Below are positions 10,524 to 21,185 of a stretch of DNA of 64,000 nt, piece by piece. The notes under the pieces are model-generated. The model saw only the letters and a program-made list of their open reading frames with translations. It was not told where the DNA came from and ran no database searches. How positions within the stretch are numbered: the stretch's first letter is position 1; each line of letters begins with the position of its first letter. This DNA comes from a virus. Location: positions 96,001 through 160,000 of the IMG/VR virus record IMGVR_UViG_3300042197_002762; one strand, written 5' to 3'. The position numbers and the translations under genes are program-made.

Positions 10524-11056
10524 ATTTATTAGAAACATATTTATTAACTAAAAATTTTTCAGATAAAGAACGAATTCATTCTTATATTTCTAATTTTTAT
10601 AATGAAAAATTTAAATCTTTTAAAGACAAGCCAATAAAAATATTAGAAATTGGTGTTTTACAAGGTCATTCAATTAAACTTTGGGAAGACTATTTTACAA
10701 ATGCTGAAATTTTTGGAGTAGATATTGGTAATATTATAGAGCATAATTTTAGTAATCGGGTAAAAATTTTATTTCAAAATGCTTATTCTATAGAATTTAT
10801 AAAAAAGTTAGAAGAAAATTATGGAAAATTTGATATCATTATTGATGATGGCCCGCATACATTAGAAACACAACATTTTTTCTTAACGAATTATCAATCT
10901 CTATTAAAAGATTTTAATTCAATTATTATACTTGAAGATGTGTATTTTAATGCTTTTGAAATTTTAAAATCACAATTTACAGATTTTCAAATTATTGATT
11001 TGAGAGAACAAGTAAAAAATGAATATAATAGCGTAATTTTTTATAAAGAAAAATGA
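10520..11056 (+). CDS. class I SAM-dependent methyltransferase
   Basis: ILEIGV..G.S, FDIIIDDGPH. Confidence 0.85.
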   Translation: MNLLETYLLTKNFSDKERIHSYISNFYNEKFKSFKDKPIKILEIGVLQGHSIKLWEDYFTNAEIFGVDIGNIIEHNFSNRVKILFQNAYSIEFIKKLEENYGKFDIIIDDGPHTLETQHFFLTNYQSLLKDFNSIIILEDVYFNAFEILKSQFTDFQIIDLREQVKNEYNSVIFYKEK

Positions 11057-11892
11057 AATTAAAAAATCTATATAATTATTATGCAGATTATCTAGGCGGG
11101 GGAACAATTGTTCCAGACGAAATGGATTATCTTTTAGAGATCGTCGAATTAGTTGCTGATTATTTTTCACATTCTAAATATAATTTTTATATAACAAATA
11201 AAACAAATTTTCAACCATCAACAGAAAACAATATTGTTTTTTTAAGTGGAAGTGAACATCGTACAATGTTAGACACCGATAATTTTTTATTATGTTTTAG
11301 TAATTTTTTGCTTAATTCAAATGATAAAAGGTATTTACCATTCCCACTGGGATTAAATAAATTTATTAATAAAACTATCAAAAATGGAATAGATTTGGTT
11401 CCATTCAAAGAAAGAAAGTATGATTGTTTTTTTGCAGGATTTATACACCCATCTAGATTTGAATTTGTTAATGCTATTAAAAAATTAAATACAAATAATT
11501 ATTTTCATTTTTCAACAGGTAATAATCTTCAAACTTTTGAGCAAGACTTAAAACCAGAAGATTATTTAAGTATAGCTGCAAATTCTAAAATAATGTTATG
11601 CCCTGCTGGTGGACTACACACAACTTCATACAGATATTTTGAGTCATTGTATTGCAAAAATATTGCAATTTATCCTAAAAATGGGGCACATTCTATTTTC
11701 TTTGAAAAACAAAATCCATTAGCATTCTCTATTAATTCTTGGAATGATATTAATGACGATTTAATTAAAGAACTAATAGAAGAATATCAAAATAGAGAAC
11801 GTCATTTAGAAATTTATTTTAAACATATTACTTCTAAAATAGGCGTTGCTCAGTTTATTATAAAATCAATTGAAAATTTAAATGAAATTTAA
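11053..11892 (+). CDS. exostosin-like glycosyltransferase
   Basis: YDCFFAG, SKIMLCPAG, SYRYFESL. Confidence 0.65.
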   Translation: MKLKNLYNYYADYLGGGTIVPDEMDYLLEIVELVADYFSHSKYNFYITNKTNFQPSTENNIVFLSGSEHRTMLDTDNFLLCFSNFLLNSNDKRYLPFPLGLNKFINKTIKNGIDLVPFKERKYDCFFAGFIHPSRFEFVNAIKKLNTNNYFHFSTGNNLQTFEQDLKPEDYLSIAANSKIMLCPAGGLHTTSYRYFESLYCKNIAIYPKNGAHSIFFEKQNPLAFSINSWNDINDDLIKELIEEYQNRERHLEIYFKHITSKIGVAQFIIKSIENLNEI

Positions 11893-12295
11893 AAATATTT
11901 TTGGTAAAGAAGTTAACAAAACAATCAACAAATTTTTAGTTGATTGGAATAAGCCTTGTAAAAGCAAAGTACAATTTAATGTCAAAAAATTCTTTGAACA
12001 TTGCTGGGATACTCACGTTGTCGTTGAAGAGTTTCCCGTTTTCGGAACGCGCATGAAATGTGATCTTATTAATTTTACAAAAAAAATTGCAGTAGAAACA
12101 CATGGCCTTCAACATGATAAATTTGTAAAACATTTTCATAAAACTAAAACTGGATTTAAAAACAGTGTTAAAAGAGATTTGCAGAAATATCAATGGTTAG
12201 AAATGAATGGATTTCGTATTATTGAAATATTTGAAAATGAACTTATCAGTTTGTCGCCAGAATGGATAAAAGAAAAATTTGATATAGATATTTAA
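11882..12295 (+). CDS. PD-(D/E)XK / Vsr-like endonuclease domain protein
   Basis: EEFPV...CD...AVETHGLQH...RD..K pattern. Confidence 0.6.
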   Translation: MKFKNIFGKEVNKTINKFLVDWNKPCKSKVQFNVKKFFEHCWDTHVVVEEFPVFGTRMKCDLINFTKKIAVETHGLQHDKFVKHFHKTKTGFKNSVKRDLQKYQWLEMNGFRIIEIFENELISLSPEWIKEKFDIDI

Positions 12296-12296
12296 T

Positions 12297-12818
12297 ATGG
12301 AATATCTTGATAAACCTGTATTCACAAATAATAAAGCTTTTTATGATAAGCGTGGTGTTTTTGTACCCTTATCTTTAAGCTCTCATCTAACATGGTTACA
12401 ATCTAATATCTCTGTAAATTTAAAATCATTTACTTTAAGAGGTTTGCATTTCCAACATAAACCTTATGAACAGTCAAAACTTATAAAAGTAATTAATGGG
12501 TCAATTATCGATTTTATAACTGATCTTGATCCAAAATCAGAAACATTTTTAAAAATAAAAATGTTTACGATGAAACCTGGAGATGAATTATATATACCCA
12601 AAAATTATGCCCATGGTTTTTTGACTTTAGAAAAAAATACAATTGTTCAATATTTAGTAAATAATATTTACAATCCAGATTCAGAAGGAGTGATTCCTTG
12701 GGTAAAATTTCCAGAATTACTTCAAGAATTTCAAAAAATAGAAAACTTTTCTATAAAAGATGTTGTAATAAAAGATAGAGATTTAATAGCCAAAAATTTT
12801 GATAAAAATTTAGCTTGA
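12297..12818 (+). CDS. rmlC: dTDP-4-dehydrorhamnose 3,5-epimerase family
   Basis: DKRGVF, TLRGLHFQ, YIPKNYAHGFLTL. Confidence 0.88.
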   Translation: MEYLDKPVFTNNKAFYDKRGVFVPLSLSSHLTWLQSNISVNLKSFTLRGLHFQHKPYEQSKLIKVINGSIIDFITDLDPKSETFLKIKMFTMKPGDELYIPKNYAHGFLTLEKNTIVQYLVNNIYNPDSEGVIPWVKFPELLQEFQKIENFSIKDVVIKDRDLIAKNFDKNLA

Positions 12819-12843
12819 ATATCAAATTAAGTTAGGCTATCAT
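12815..12843 (+). promoter_or_regulatory. sigma70-type promoter, probably leaderless transcript
   Basis: TTGAAT-17-TATCAT, then 6 nt to ATG 12850. Confidence 0.65.
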
Positions 12844-12849
12844 ATATGT

Positions 12850-13446
12850 ATGAGCGTATTGTATATTGGAATAGCTGGTGTTGCCAGATCTGGTAAAGAT
12901 AGTTTAGCACTTGAAATAGAAAATCTTATTAGGGCTTCTAAAGGCCTGACTATATATAGAACTTCTTTGGCACAACCTCTTAAAGAAGATTGCAAAGATT
13001 TTATTAAAGATTATCTTGGGCTAAATGTGTTCACAGATAAGAATGAAGAAAAAGCAACTTTTCGTGAATTTCTTGTTTGGTATGGTAAAGTAAAGCGTCA
13101 ACAAACAGAAGGTAAGTATTGGACAAATTTAGTAGACCAAAGGGTTGAAAAGTTTCAGCCTGATGTTTGTATTATTCCCGATGTTCGTTATCAGCAATAC
13201 GAAGGAGATGAAGTTAGTTGGCTTAAAGCAAAAGAGAATAATATCCTTATTCATTTGCAAAGAATTGCAACTAATGGTGAAATAGTCCCACCCGCAAACA
13301 TGGATGAATCAATTAATGATTCAATCATTCAAAACAGCGCAGACTATAAAATAGTTTGGCCAACATTTACCGATGAAAATAAACAGGAAAATATGAGAGA
13401 GTTTGCCGAAAAAGCTTTCAATGCGGTAATTAAAGATAAACTTTAA
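12850..13446 (+). CDS. deoxynucleoside monophosphate kinase
   Basis: GIAGVARSGKD P-loop, LAQPLKE, IIPDVRY. Confidence 0.8.
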   Translation: MSVLYIGIAGVARSGKDSLALEIENLIRASKGLTIYRTSLAQPLKEDCKDFIKDYLGLNVFTDKNEEKATFREFLVWYGKVKRQQTEGKYWTNLVDQRVEKFQPDVCIIPDVRYQQYEGDEVSWLKAKENNILIHLQRIATNGEIVPPANMDESINDSIIQNSADYKIVWPTFTDENKQENMREFAEKAFNAVIKDKL

Positions 13447-13447
13447 T

Positions 13448-14920
13448 ATGAATTCAATTCGTAGCGCACTCGTCGAAAAGCACGTTCTTGCTGGATTTTT
13501 AAAATATCCACAAATATATTTTGAAGTTTCTCATTTTATTAATGAGGATGATTTTTCGAATGGTCATAAATCTATCTTTAGTGTTATAAAAGGTCAGATT
13601 ATGAATAACCTTCCTCTTGATCCTGTTATTGTAGCAGAAAAAATTAAAAACCTTGGCATTACTTTAAAACAAGATTTTAATATATTTGATTATATTGAAA
13701 GTATTGGTTTCTTAAAAATAAGTCAAAAATCTCTTTATGAAGCTTGTAAAGATTTAAAAAAAATAACTATTCGTAGAGAAGTGGCAGAAACTGCAACCAT
13801 GATTGCAGAAGCTATGGAAAATTCTGGAAATCTTTCTTCAGACGAAATTATTTCGTTGGCAGATAAAATGTATAATGAAAGAATTAATGCTTATGATTTA
13901 GAATCCAATCCAGAAGATCTTTTCTGTGACATCGAACGAATGGTTGAAGAAAGAGCTAATAATCCTATTCTTGAAACTGGATATTTAACACCATATAAAA
14001 TATTTAATAAAATGTATGGAGGCTTAAGACCTGGGGAGCTTTATGCATGGGTAAGTCGTCCAAAACACGGCAAAAGCACAATTCTTAGCGATATTTGTTC
14101 TAAAGCCAGTTTAATTAATCCGAACATGCAAGCTCTTATTTTAGATACAGAAATGCAGACTAATGTAATTCGCTTTCGTATTGCAAGTAGTATTACTGGT
14201 ATTCCTATGTGGTGGCTTGAAACAGGCAACTTTAAAAACAATAAAGAATTACTTGCCAAATGGAATAGTAAAAAATCTGAACTGGCGAAAGCACAAGGCA
14301 AAGTTCAACATTTGCAAGTCGCTGGAAAACCAGTTTCAGAAATTGAATCTATTGTCCAAAGATGGTATTTAGGGCAAGTTGGTCGTGGGAACCCTGCAAT
14401 AGTTGTTTATGATTATATTAAACTCACCGGAGAAATCGAAAAAGGAAAACAAGAGTATCAACTTATTGGTGATAAAGTTGATAGACTAAAAGAACTTTCT
14501 GTACGTTTAAATATACCTATTTTAACAGCTTGTCAATTAAATCGTAGCGCAGAAAATGGCGCTGATGATTCTAGTGCTATTGCACAGTCGGATCGTCTTC
14601 AATGGTTCGCTGCATATGTGGGTATTTTTAGACGTAAGACTCTTGAAGAACAGGCTGAAGATGGTGCACAGTTTGGGACTCATAAAATGATTGAGCTTGC
14701 ATCTCGTTATCAAGGTCAGCATGCTCATGGTCATAACGATCTTGTTCGCGTTATGGAAAATAATCGCCCTGTTTATCGTAAAAATTTTATTTCATTTAAT
14801 GTAGATAATTTTCACGTCGAAGAAAAAGGCACTCTTCAAGATATTGTTAATCACCAAAATGGGGTAAATGTGAATATTTTTGATCGTCCGAATAACGAAC
14901 CTCAAGAAGAAATCATATGA
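13448..14920 (+). CDS. dnaB: replicative DNA helicase
   Basis: Walker A SRPKHGKS, VYDYIK, QLNRS. Confidence 0.9.
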   Translation: MNSIRSALVEKHVLAGFLKYPQIYFEVSHFINEDDFSNGHKSIFSVIKGQIMNNLPLDPVIVAEKIKNLGITLKQDFNIFDYIESIGFLKISQKSLYEACKDLKKITIRREVAETATMIAEAMENSGNLSSDEIISLADKMYNERINAYDLESNPEDLFCDIERMVEERANNPILETGYLTPYKIFNKMYGGLRPGELYAWVSRPKHGKSTILSDICSKASLINPNMQALILDTEMQTNVIRFRIASSITGIPMWWLETGNFKNNKELLAKWNSKKSELAKAQGKVQHLQVAGKPVSEIESIVQRWYLGQVGRGNPAIVVYDYIKLTGEIEKGKQEYQLIGDKVDRLKELSVRLNIPILTACQLNRSAENGADDSSAIAQSDRLQWFAAYVGIFRRKTLEEQAEDGAQFGTHKMIELASRYQGQHAHGHNDLVRVMENNRPVYRKNFISFNVDNFHVEEKGTLQDIVNHQNGVNVNIFDRPNNEPQEEII

Positions 14921-15813
14921 AACTTTTAGAACTCCTAAAAGATGCTGGGTGTAATCCTAGAAATTATGGTACTTATCTTACTTGTACTGCTCGCTATCGT
15001 GGTGGCGATGACCCTGGATCAGTAGGCATTTATTTACAAAACAATATTGTAAAAGATTTTGTAACAGGGCATGTATTTTCTTTAGAAGAGTTTCTTAAAC
15101 TTACTCTTAAATTAAAAGATATAAAACAAGTAGAACAAATTTTAGAAGATAAAGCAAAATATTATTGCGGATTCAATAATGATATTGAAGACCCATTAAA
15201 TAAAAGTATTAAGTATTATTCATATGATGATATAGTAAATTTAAAACAGGATGGATCATATTGGAACAATCGTAATATTAGCGATGAAACATTAAAAGTT
15301 TTTGAAGGTGGTTTATGTACAGAAGGTAAAATGTTCCAAAGGTATGTATTTCCGATTCTTGATGCTCGTAAAAAAATTCAAGGATTTTCTGGGCGCGATG
15401 TTACTGGAAAATCTAAGATTAAATGGAAACATATAGGAAAAAAAAATGAATGGGCCTATCCTTTTATATTTAATCATCAAATTATTAGAGAACTAAAACA
15501 ACTTATACTTGTAGAAAGTATTGGAGATATGCTTTCTCTTTGGGAGAGTGGTATTAAAAATACTGGAATAACTTTCGGGACCGAGGCTGGTGGAGGTTTA
15601 TTAAAAGCGATTACGCGCCTTAATCCCGAAAAAATAATCATTGCTACCAACAATGATGAAAACAGGGCGGGGCAAAAAGCGGCTACGAGAATACGCTCAA
15701 CACTCATAGATTCGTTTTTTGACCCCGCCCAAATTCATATTTACCACCCATTTAAAAATGATTTTGGTGATCAAACAGTCGAAGAAAACAAGGAGTGGTA
15801 TTCTAGCCTATGA
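14917..15813 (+). CDS. DNA primase (Toprim)
   Basis: RYVFPI...GFSGR, LVESIGD, NDENRAG. Confidence 0.8.
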   Translation: MKLLELLKDAGCNPRNYGTYLTCTARYRGGDDPGSVGIYLQNNIVKDFVTGHVFSLEEFLKLTLKLKDIKQVEQILEDKAKYYCGFNNDIEDPLNKSIKYYSYDDIVNLKQDGSYWNNRNISDETLKVFEGGLCTEGKMFQRYVFPILDARKKIQGFSGRDVTGKSKIKWKHIGKKNEWAYPFIFNHQIIRELKQLILVESIGDMLSLWESGIKNTGITFGTEAGGGLLKAITRLNPEKIIIATNNDENRAGQKAATRIRSTLIDSFFDPAQIHIYHPFKNDFGDQTVEENKEWYSSL

Positions 15814-16232
15814 GAAGCAACTGGAATGAACATGCAATGAATTTAGCTGCGATAGCAATGCAGAGATCAGAAGATCCTTTTCAAAAGGTAGGCGCTTGTG
15901 TTTTAGGTCACCATAATGAAGTTTTAGCTGTAGCTTATAATGGACTTGCCGCTGGCGTTAATGTTACTCCAGAATTTTGGAGAGATCGTGATGCAAGACG
16001 GCCATACATGATTCATGCTGAAAGCAATGCTCTTGCTCGAATTAAAATGGGAGAAGGCAAATTATTAGCTTGTACTTTACTTCCATGTTCAGCATGTGCT
16101 ACCAATATTGCTGCATATGGAATCAAAGAAGTTATCTTTAAAGATATTTATAATAGAGACACAAAATCCATAGATATTTTTAAATTTTATGGGATTTCTT
16201 GTACACAAGTAGATCCTACATATCCATTATGA
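15810..16232 (+). CDS. dCMP deaminase
   Basis: KVGAC, HAESNA, PCSAC. Confidence 0.9.
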   Translation: MRSNWNEHAMNLAAIAMQRSEDPFQKVGACVLGHHNEVLAVAYNGLAAGVNVTPEFWRDRDARRPYMIHAESNALARIKMGEGKLLACTLLPCSACATNIAAYGIKEVIFKDIYNRDTKSIDIFKFYGISCTQVDPTYPL

Positions 16233-17221
16233 GTGAATTAGTTAAACTTTCAGCTAGTAGAATCAAGACATTACAATCATGTTCTTGGATGTATTATTGT
16301 AATTATAATCTTCGATTACCGCAAAAAAATAACTCTGGTGCGATGCGCGGGACTGTGGCGCATTTAATCTTTGAGGTCTTGGCCAATCCTCGACACGAGC
16401 ATTACGTTAAAAAAATTGTAAAAAGCAAAACGTGCCTCAAACAGCCAGCTATTTTTAGATTAATTATAAAGGCTGCCAAGCGCGAAGGGTTAGACCTAGA
16501 CGAAATGGTTCCGCCTCTAAAGAAAAGCGGTCAAGAAATCACCAATCTTAAATGTATAGATGAAATGATTCTTGTCGGATTAAAATTTGATTTTATTGGA
16601 GACTCAAAACTAATTGGTTCAGAATGGGAATTTGATATCACAAGCGAACAGCCAAAATATCGGATTGGAGGTTTTGTTGACCGTATTTTTAAAGATAAAA
16701 AACAAATGATCATTCGTGATTTTAAATCAAGCAAGAAAGCTTTTAAAGGCGACGAGCTTGAAAGTAATTTACAAGGAATGATGTATTCATTAGCTGTTAG
16801 AAAGAAATACGAAAAACAAAAAGATGTTCTAGTTAAATTTTTGTTTCTACGTTATCCAGATGACCCAGAAAGAGAATGTCCACATTTTAGCGAAGAAGAA
16901 CTTCGAGGTTTTGAACATTACCTTGAATATATTAGTGAATATCTTAAAAACTTTGACGAGAAAAAAGCTCGTTCTAATTTTGCGGCACATGAATTTAGTA
17001 AGAAATGGATGTGTCAAACAAAGTCTGGTTGGCGTTGTCCTTATCTAAACCAAATAGAATATAAAGTTCTTTTAGATAACAACGGAAAGATTATTAAATC
17101 AATTTTTGCGAATGAAGAATTTAAAGAGAGTGATTTAAAACCAGAGTATCGAATTGAGGTAAGAAAATACGATGGATGCCCAGCTTGGAAACAAAGTAGT
17201 AATAATGATTTTGACTTTTAG
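16229..17221 (+). CDS. PD-(D/E)XK nuclease (RecB/Cas4-like exonuclease)
   Basis: LSASRIK, GTVAH, GFVDR...IRDFKS, Q..MY. Confidence 0.85.
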   Translation: MSELVKLSASRIKTLQSCSWMYYCNYNLRLPQKNNSGAMRGTVAHLIFEVLANPRHEHYVKKIVKSKTCLKQPAIFRLIIKAAKREGLDLDEMVPPLKKSGQEITNLKCIDEMILVGLKFDFIGDSKLIGSEWEFDITSEQPKYRIGGFVDRIFKDKKQMIIRDFKSSKKAFKGDELESNLQGMMYSLAVRKKYEKQKDVLVKFLFLRYPDDPERECPHFSEEELRGFEHYLEYISEYLKNFDEKKARSNFAAHEFSKKWMCQTKSGWRCPYLNQIEYKVLLDNNGKIIKSIFANEEFKESDLKPEYRIEVRKYDGCPAWKQSSNNDFDF

Positions 17222-17247
17222 AAAAAGTTTTGATAAGATTCGACTTG

Positions 17248-18000
17248 ATGCTACCTATTTTTAGATCAAATTATTCTTTGACTTCTGTTTTAACGCTAGA
17301 CGCTGCGACAGAAAAAGAAAATCGTTCTCAAAATCGTCCAGATTCAATCTTTGATATTTGCAATGATTACGAATTATCTGATGTATTTATTGTTGAGAAT
17401 ACTCTAACTGGGTTGGTGGAAGCATATGAAAACGCTAAGAAAGCAAAACTTAATTTACGATTTGGTTATAGGGTTAGTGTTTGTAGAGATATCACTGATA
17501 AAACACCTGAATCAGAATTAACCGAAAGCAAATTTATTATCTTTGCCACAAAAGGTTCTTTTACAGATTTAATTAAATTGCATAATATTTCTTCAACTGA
17601 TGGAATTTATAATGGTCGCCCAAGACTTGATTTTAAAACTCTTAAAGAAAATTGGAGCAAGAATCTTGCTTTAGTAATCCCATTTTATGATTCATATGTT
17701 TATTATAATCTTTTGTATGGTCGTCAATGCGTTCCAGAATTAGATTTTACAGATCCGGTTTATCTTACAGAAGATAACGGCTTGCCATTTGATGGGCTTT
17801 TGATTAATCATATCAAAGAAACAATTAAAGATCATGAGATTATACCATCAAAAACTATTTATTATCGTGAACGAAAAGATTTTAAATCATATATGACCTA
17901 TCGTTGTATTCTTAATAGAACTACATTTCAGAAGCCAGAGTTGAGACATTTTGGTAGTCAGGAATTTTGTATGGAGGCATGGAAAGAAAATGCAAAGTAA
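17248..18000 (+). CDS. stand-alone PHP domain of DNA polymerase III alpha
   Basis: FRSNYSL, LRFGYR and IIFA..KG..DLIKL resemble the DnaE N-terminus; His ligands degenerate. Confidence 0.75.
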   Translation: MLPIFRSNYSLTSVLTLDAATEKENRSQNRPDSIFDICNDYELSDVFIVENTLTGLVEAYENAKKAKLNLRFGYRVSVCRDITDKTPESELTESKFIIFATKGSFTDLIKLHNISSTDGIYNGRPRLDFKTLKENWSKNLALVIPFYDSYVYYNLLYGRQCVPELDFTDPVYLTEDNGLPFDGLLINHIKETIKDHEIIPSKTIYYRERKDFKSYMTYRCILNRTTFQKPELRHFGSQEFCMEAWKENAK

Positions 18001-18622
18001 TCTTTTACGTTTTAATAAAAAGCAAAAATATATTGTTTTCGATACGGAAACAGAATCGTTAGCACTTGCTTTAGCTAGACCCTGGCAACTTTCTTGGTTG
18101 GTATATGAAGATCATAAAATTGTTAAAAATGAAGATCATATGCTTTATTGGAAAGACTTGAACGTATCTGCTGACGCTGCTAGGATTACTAGGTTTGATT
18201 ATAATAACTGGAAAGAGAAATCTGAAGATCCAAAAGAAGTTCTAGATCTTTTTGAAAGTTATCTTTATAACCCAGAATATCTAATTGTTGGCGCGAATCT
18301 TTTTGGTTATGATGTTTATGTTATCAATACATTGCGCCGACTTTTGGGAATGAAATCAGATTTTTCTTATCTTGATCGTGTTTTAGATATACAATGTATT
18401 CAAAAAGGTATATATATGGGATTAAAGACCATTCCAGAAAACAGAACAGCTTGGCAGTATCAAATGTATCATTATGTTAAAAAAGGTGTGAAGACTTCTG
18501 TAAAACATTTGTGTGGGCTTTATGATATTCCGTATGATGAAAGTATGGCTCACGATGCTAAATACGATAATATTTTGTGTATTCAAATTTTTCAGAAACA
18601 AATAATGACTATTGATATATGA
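17990..18622 (+). CDS. DnaQ-like 3'-5' exonuclease (DEDDh)
   Basis: VFDTETE, GANL.GYD, HDAKYD. Confidence 0.85.
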   Translation: MQSNLLRFNKKQKYIVFDTETESLALALARPWQLSWLVYEDHKIVKNEDHMLYWKDLNVSADAARITRFDYNNWKEKSEDPKEVLDLFESYLYNPEYLIVGANLFGYDVYVINTLRRLLGMKSDFSYLDRVLDIQCIQKGIYMGLKTIPENRTAWQYQMYHYVKKGVKTSVKHLCGLYDIPYDESMAHDAKYDNILCIQIFQKQIMTIDI

Positions 18623-21153
18623 AATTTTTAGAACAATTTAAAAACATTGAAATGAAGAATGTCAACCTTGTAAGGTTGCCCAATATTTCTTTCACAAAAG
18701 AAGAAAAAGGTATCTTGGCCGAGAAAGCTGAAAATAACGAGCAGTTTCTTCAACAGCTTGTAAACGAAGGCTGGAAAAAGTTTCGTGATAAGATTCCAGA
18801 AAAGAAAAAGCCAGTTTATCTTGAGCGTATTAAAGAAGAATTTGAGATTGTAAAAGATCTTGGGTTTATTGATTACTACCTTCTTGTATGGCGTGTTATT
18901 AACAAGGCGCGCCAGCTTGGGGCTTTTATTGACTGGGGTCGTGGTTCTGCGGCTGGTAGTTTGATATTCTATTTGATTGGAGTTACAGGTGTAGATCCAA
19001 TTGATAAGAATCTTTTCTTTACTCGTTTTATTTCTAAAACTCGCGCTAAGAAAGAAGTAATTGATGGGGTAACCTATATTCAAGGTGATCTAGCTCCAGA
19101 TGTTGATATTAATTTGGGTGGGGTTCGTGATCAAATTATTGAATGGCTAAAGAAGTGTTATCCGAACAAGGTTTGTAAAATTTCTTCAGTATCAACATTT
19201 TCTGGTAAGATTCTTGTAAAAGATGTTTACAAAATTGTTAATGAAGCCAGTGAAGAAGAAGCTAGCCATCTAGCAGATACAATTGGCAAACACTTCGGGG
19301 TAGTTGAAGACATTGAAGATTCTTATAAAAATAGCGAGAAGTTTCGTGATTGGGCTGATCGTTATCCCGAAACATATCAAATTGCATTGAAGTTGCGCGG
19401 TCTTATTCGCGGTAAATCGACACATGCTAGTGGATACTTTATTTCTTATTATCCTCTTGATAAATTTGTTCCTGTAGAAATTAATAAAGAAGGTGAGCTT
19501 GCAATTTCATATGAAATGAATACTGCGGCCAAGTTTGGAATTAAGCTTGACCTTCTTGGGCTTATTAGTAATGAGATTATCAAAAATGTATTTGAATTAA
19601 TTCCTGAAAAATTTGAAGATATTAACCTTGATGACAATGAGGAAGTTTATACTCATCTTCAACGCGATGATTTAATGCCTTATGGTCTTTATCAAATTAG
19701 TGCCGATTGCGCTTATCGTGTTTGTAAAAATATTCGACCAGCAAATATTGCACATTTGAGTGACGTAAATGCTATCGCTCGACCTGGAGCTTTAGCGTAT
19801 GAAAAAGATTATATTAATTTTACGGGAGAAGCCCCGCATGAAAAACTTGCCCCAGTATTTGCGGAAACACGTAACCTTCCACTTTATCAAGAGCAATTAA
19901 TTCAAGCTCTTGTTACAGTTGGTTTTACTCCAGATGAATCTGAATATATTCGACGGATTATTGGTAAAAAGAAACGTGATGAAATGCCAAAATGGAAAGA
20001 TAAAGTATTCGAAATTTGTGAACAAAATAAATTTGGTGAGCAAGTTGCAGAAGCTATATGGAAAGTCATGTTGGATTCTGCTGACTATTCATTTAATAAA
20101 TCACACTCATATTGTGTGGCATACCTTGGGGCATTGACAGTTTATCTTAAGTATAAATATCCGCTTCAATTCTTTACCGCTTGCTTGAATGCTATTCAGA
20201 AGCTTCCTGACCCAATGGATGAGATTAGACAGATAGAGCGAGAGCTACCGCATTTTAATATAAAATTGCTTCCGCCGCATTTGTTGAAATCAGACGTGGG
20301 ATTCACTGTAGAAGATGAAAATATTAGATATGGACTAAGCGCTATTAAAGGTGTCTCAGATAGTTCTATTGAAAAACTTGTTAAATTCCGTGGTGAATAT
20401 GACAATAAAATTGATTGTTTTATGGCCGCTAAACAAGCTGGTTTAAATATTGGAATTGTTTCTGCCTTAATTCAAGCTGGAGCTTTAGATGACCTTGGTT
20501 CATCAAGACCACATTTAGTATTGCAAGCACAAGCATTTAATCTTCTTACTGATAAAGAAAAGCGTTTAGTTAAAACTTTGCATGACGAAGGAGAAGTAAA
20601 AAATATTCTCAGTATTATCCAATTACTTGTTGATAAAAAACAAATCAAACAAACGCGATTTGAAACATTTAAGAAAAAGTACATGCCCTATCGACAGATA
20701 TTTGAATTGAATACTCGTAACGAAGCACTTACTAATTATTTTTATGAGAAAAATTGTTTGGGATTTAGCTATACACAAAATTTAACAGACATCTTTAAAC
20801 AGGGGAATGGTAATTTTATTACTATCAAAGACGCATTTGAAACTAAAGAAGATAATGATAGAGTCTTAATTATTGGCGAAATTGTTGAAACACCAAGACA
20901 ATCTAAATCTAGAAATGGTAATAAATTTTTCAAAGCTACCGTTGCAGACGATACGGGCAAAGTTTCCGTATTACTTTTTGATGGCCGCTTTGGGCTTTTT
21001 GAAGATTGCAAAGATAAAAATGGTGGAGCTTTTCCAGAAGAAGGAGATATTGTTATAGCTAATGGTCGCTTAAAAGGAACAGACGCTATTTTTGCAGATG
21101 ATATTGTAAAACAAGATTGTAAAATATACAAGAATATGCGAGATTTGAAGTAA
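18619..21153 (+). CDS. dnaE: DNA polymerase III alpha, catalytic part lacking PHP
   Basis: GRGSAAGSL, PDVDIN, HASG, KLDLLGL, YQEQ, FNKSHS, C-terminal OB fold. Confidence 0.93.
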   Translation: MKFLEQFKNIEMKNVNLVRLPNISFTKEEKGILAEKAENNEQFLQQLVNEGWKKFRDKIPEKKKPVYLERIKEEFEIVKDLGFIDYYLLVWRVINKARQLGAFIDWGRGSAAGSLIFYLIGVTGVDPIDKNLFFTRFISKTRAKKEVIDGVTYIQGDLAPDVDINLGGVRDQIIEWLKKCYPNKVCKISSVSTFSGKILVKDVYKIVNEASEEEASHLADTIGKHFGVVEDIEDSYKNSEKFRDWADRYPETYQIALKLRGLIRGKSTHASGYFISYYPLDKFVPVEINKEGELAISYEMNTAAKFGIKLDLLGLISNEIIKNVFELIPEKFEDINLDDNEEVYTHLQRDDLMPYGLYQISADCAYRVCKNIRPANIAHLSDVNAIARPGALAYEKDYINFTGEAPHEKLAPVFAETRNLPLYQEQLIQALVTVGFTPDESEYIRRIIGKKKRDEMPKWKDKVFEICEQNKFGEQVAEAIWKVMLDSADYSFNKSHSYCVAYLGALTVYLKYKYPLQFFTACLNAIQKLPDPMDEIRQIERELPHFNIKLLPPHLLKSDVGFTVEDENIRYGLSAIKGVSDSSIEKLVKFRGEYDNKIDCFMAAKQAGLNIGIVSALIQAGALDDLGSSRPHLVLQAQAFNLLTDKEKRLVKTLHDEGEVKNILSIIQLLVDKKQIKQTRFETFKKKYMPYRQIFELNTRNEALTNYFYEKNCLGFSYTQNLTDIFKQGNGNFITIKDAFETKEDNDRVLIIGEIVETPRQSKSRNGNKFFKATVADDTGKVSVLLFDGRFGLFEDCKDKNGGAFPEEGDIVIANGRLKGTDAIFADDIVKQDCKIYKNMRDLK

Positions 21154-21169
21154 ATTATCAAATTCTTAG

Positions 21170-21177
21170 GTGTAAAT
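21170..21177 (+). promoter_or_regulatory. GTGTAA putative phage late promoter (representative copy)
   Basis: Motif ends 10 nt before ATG 21186; about 16 similar intergenic copies in the window. Confidence 0.6.
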
Positions 21178-21185
21178 TATATATT

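Noticed and set aside
16229-17221. Cas4 as part of a CRISPR system
   Set aside because: Sits in the replication operon with no cas1/cas2 or array; an ordinary phage PD-(D/E)XK exonuclease.
17248-21153. Split intein in dnaE
   Set aside because: No Cys/Ser-start or His-Asn-end intein motifs at the fragment boundaries.
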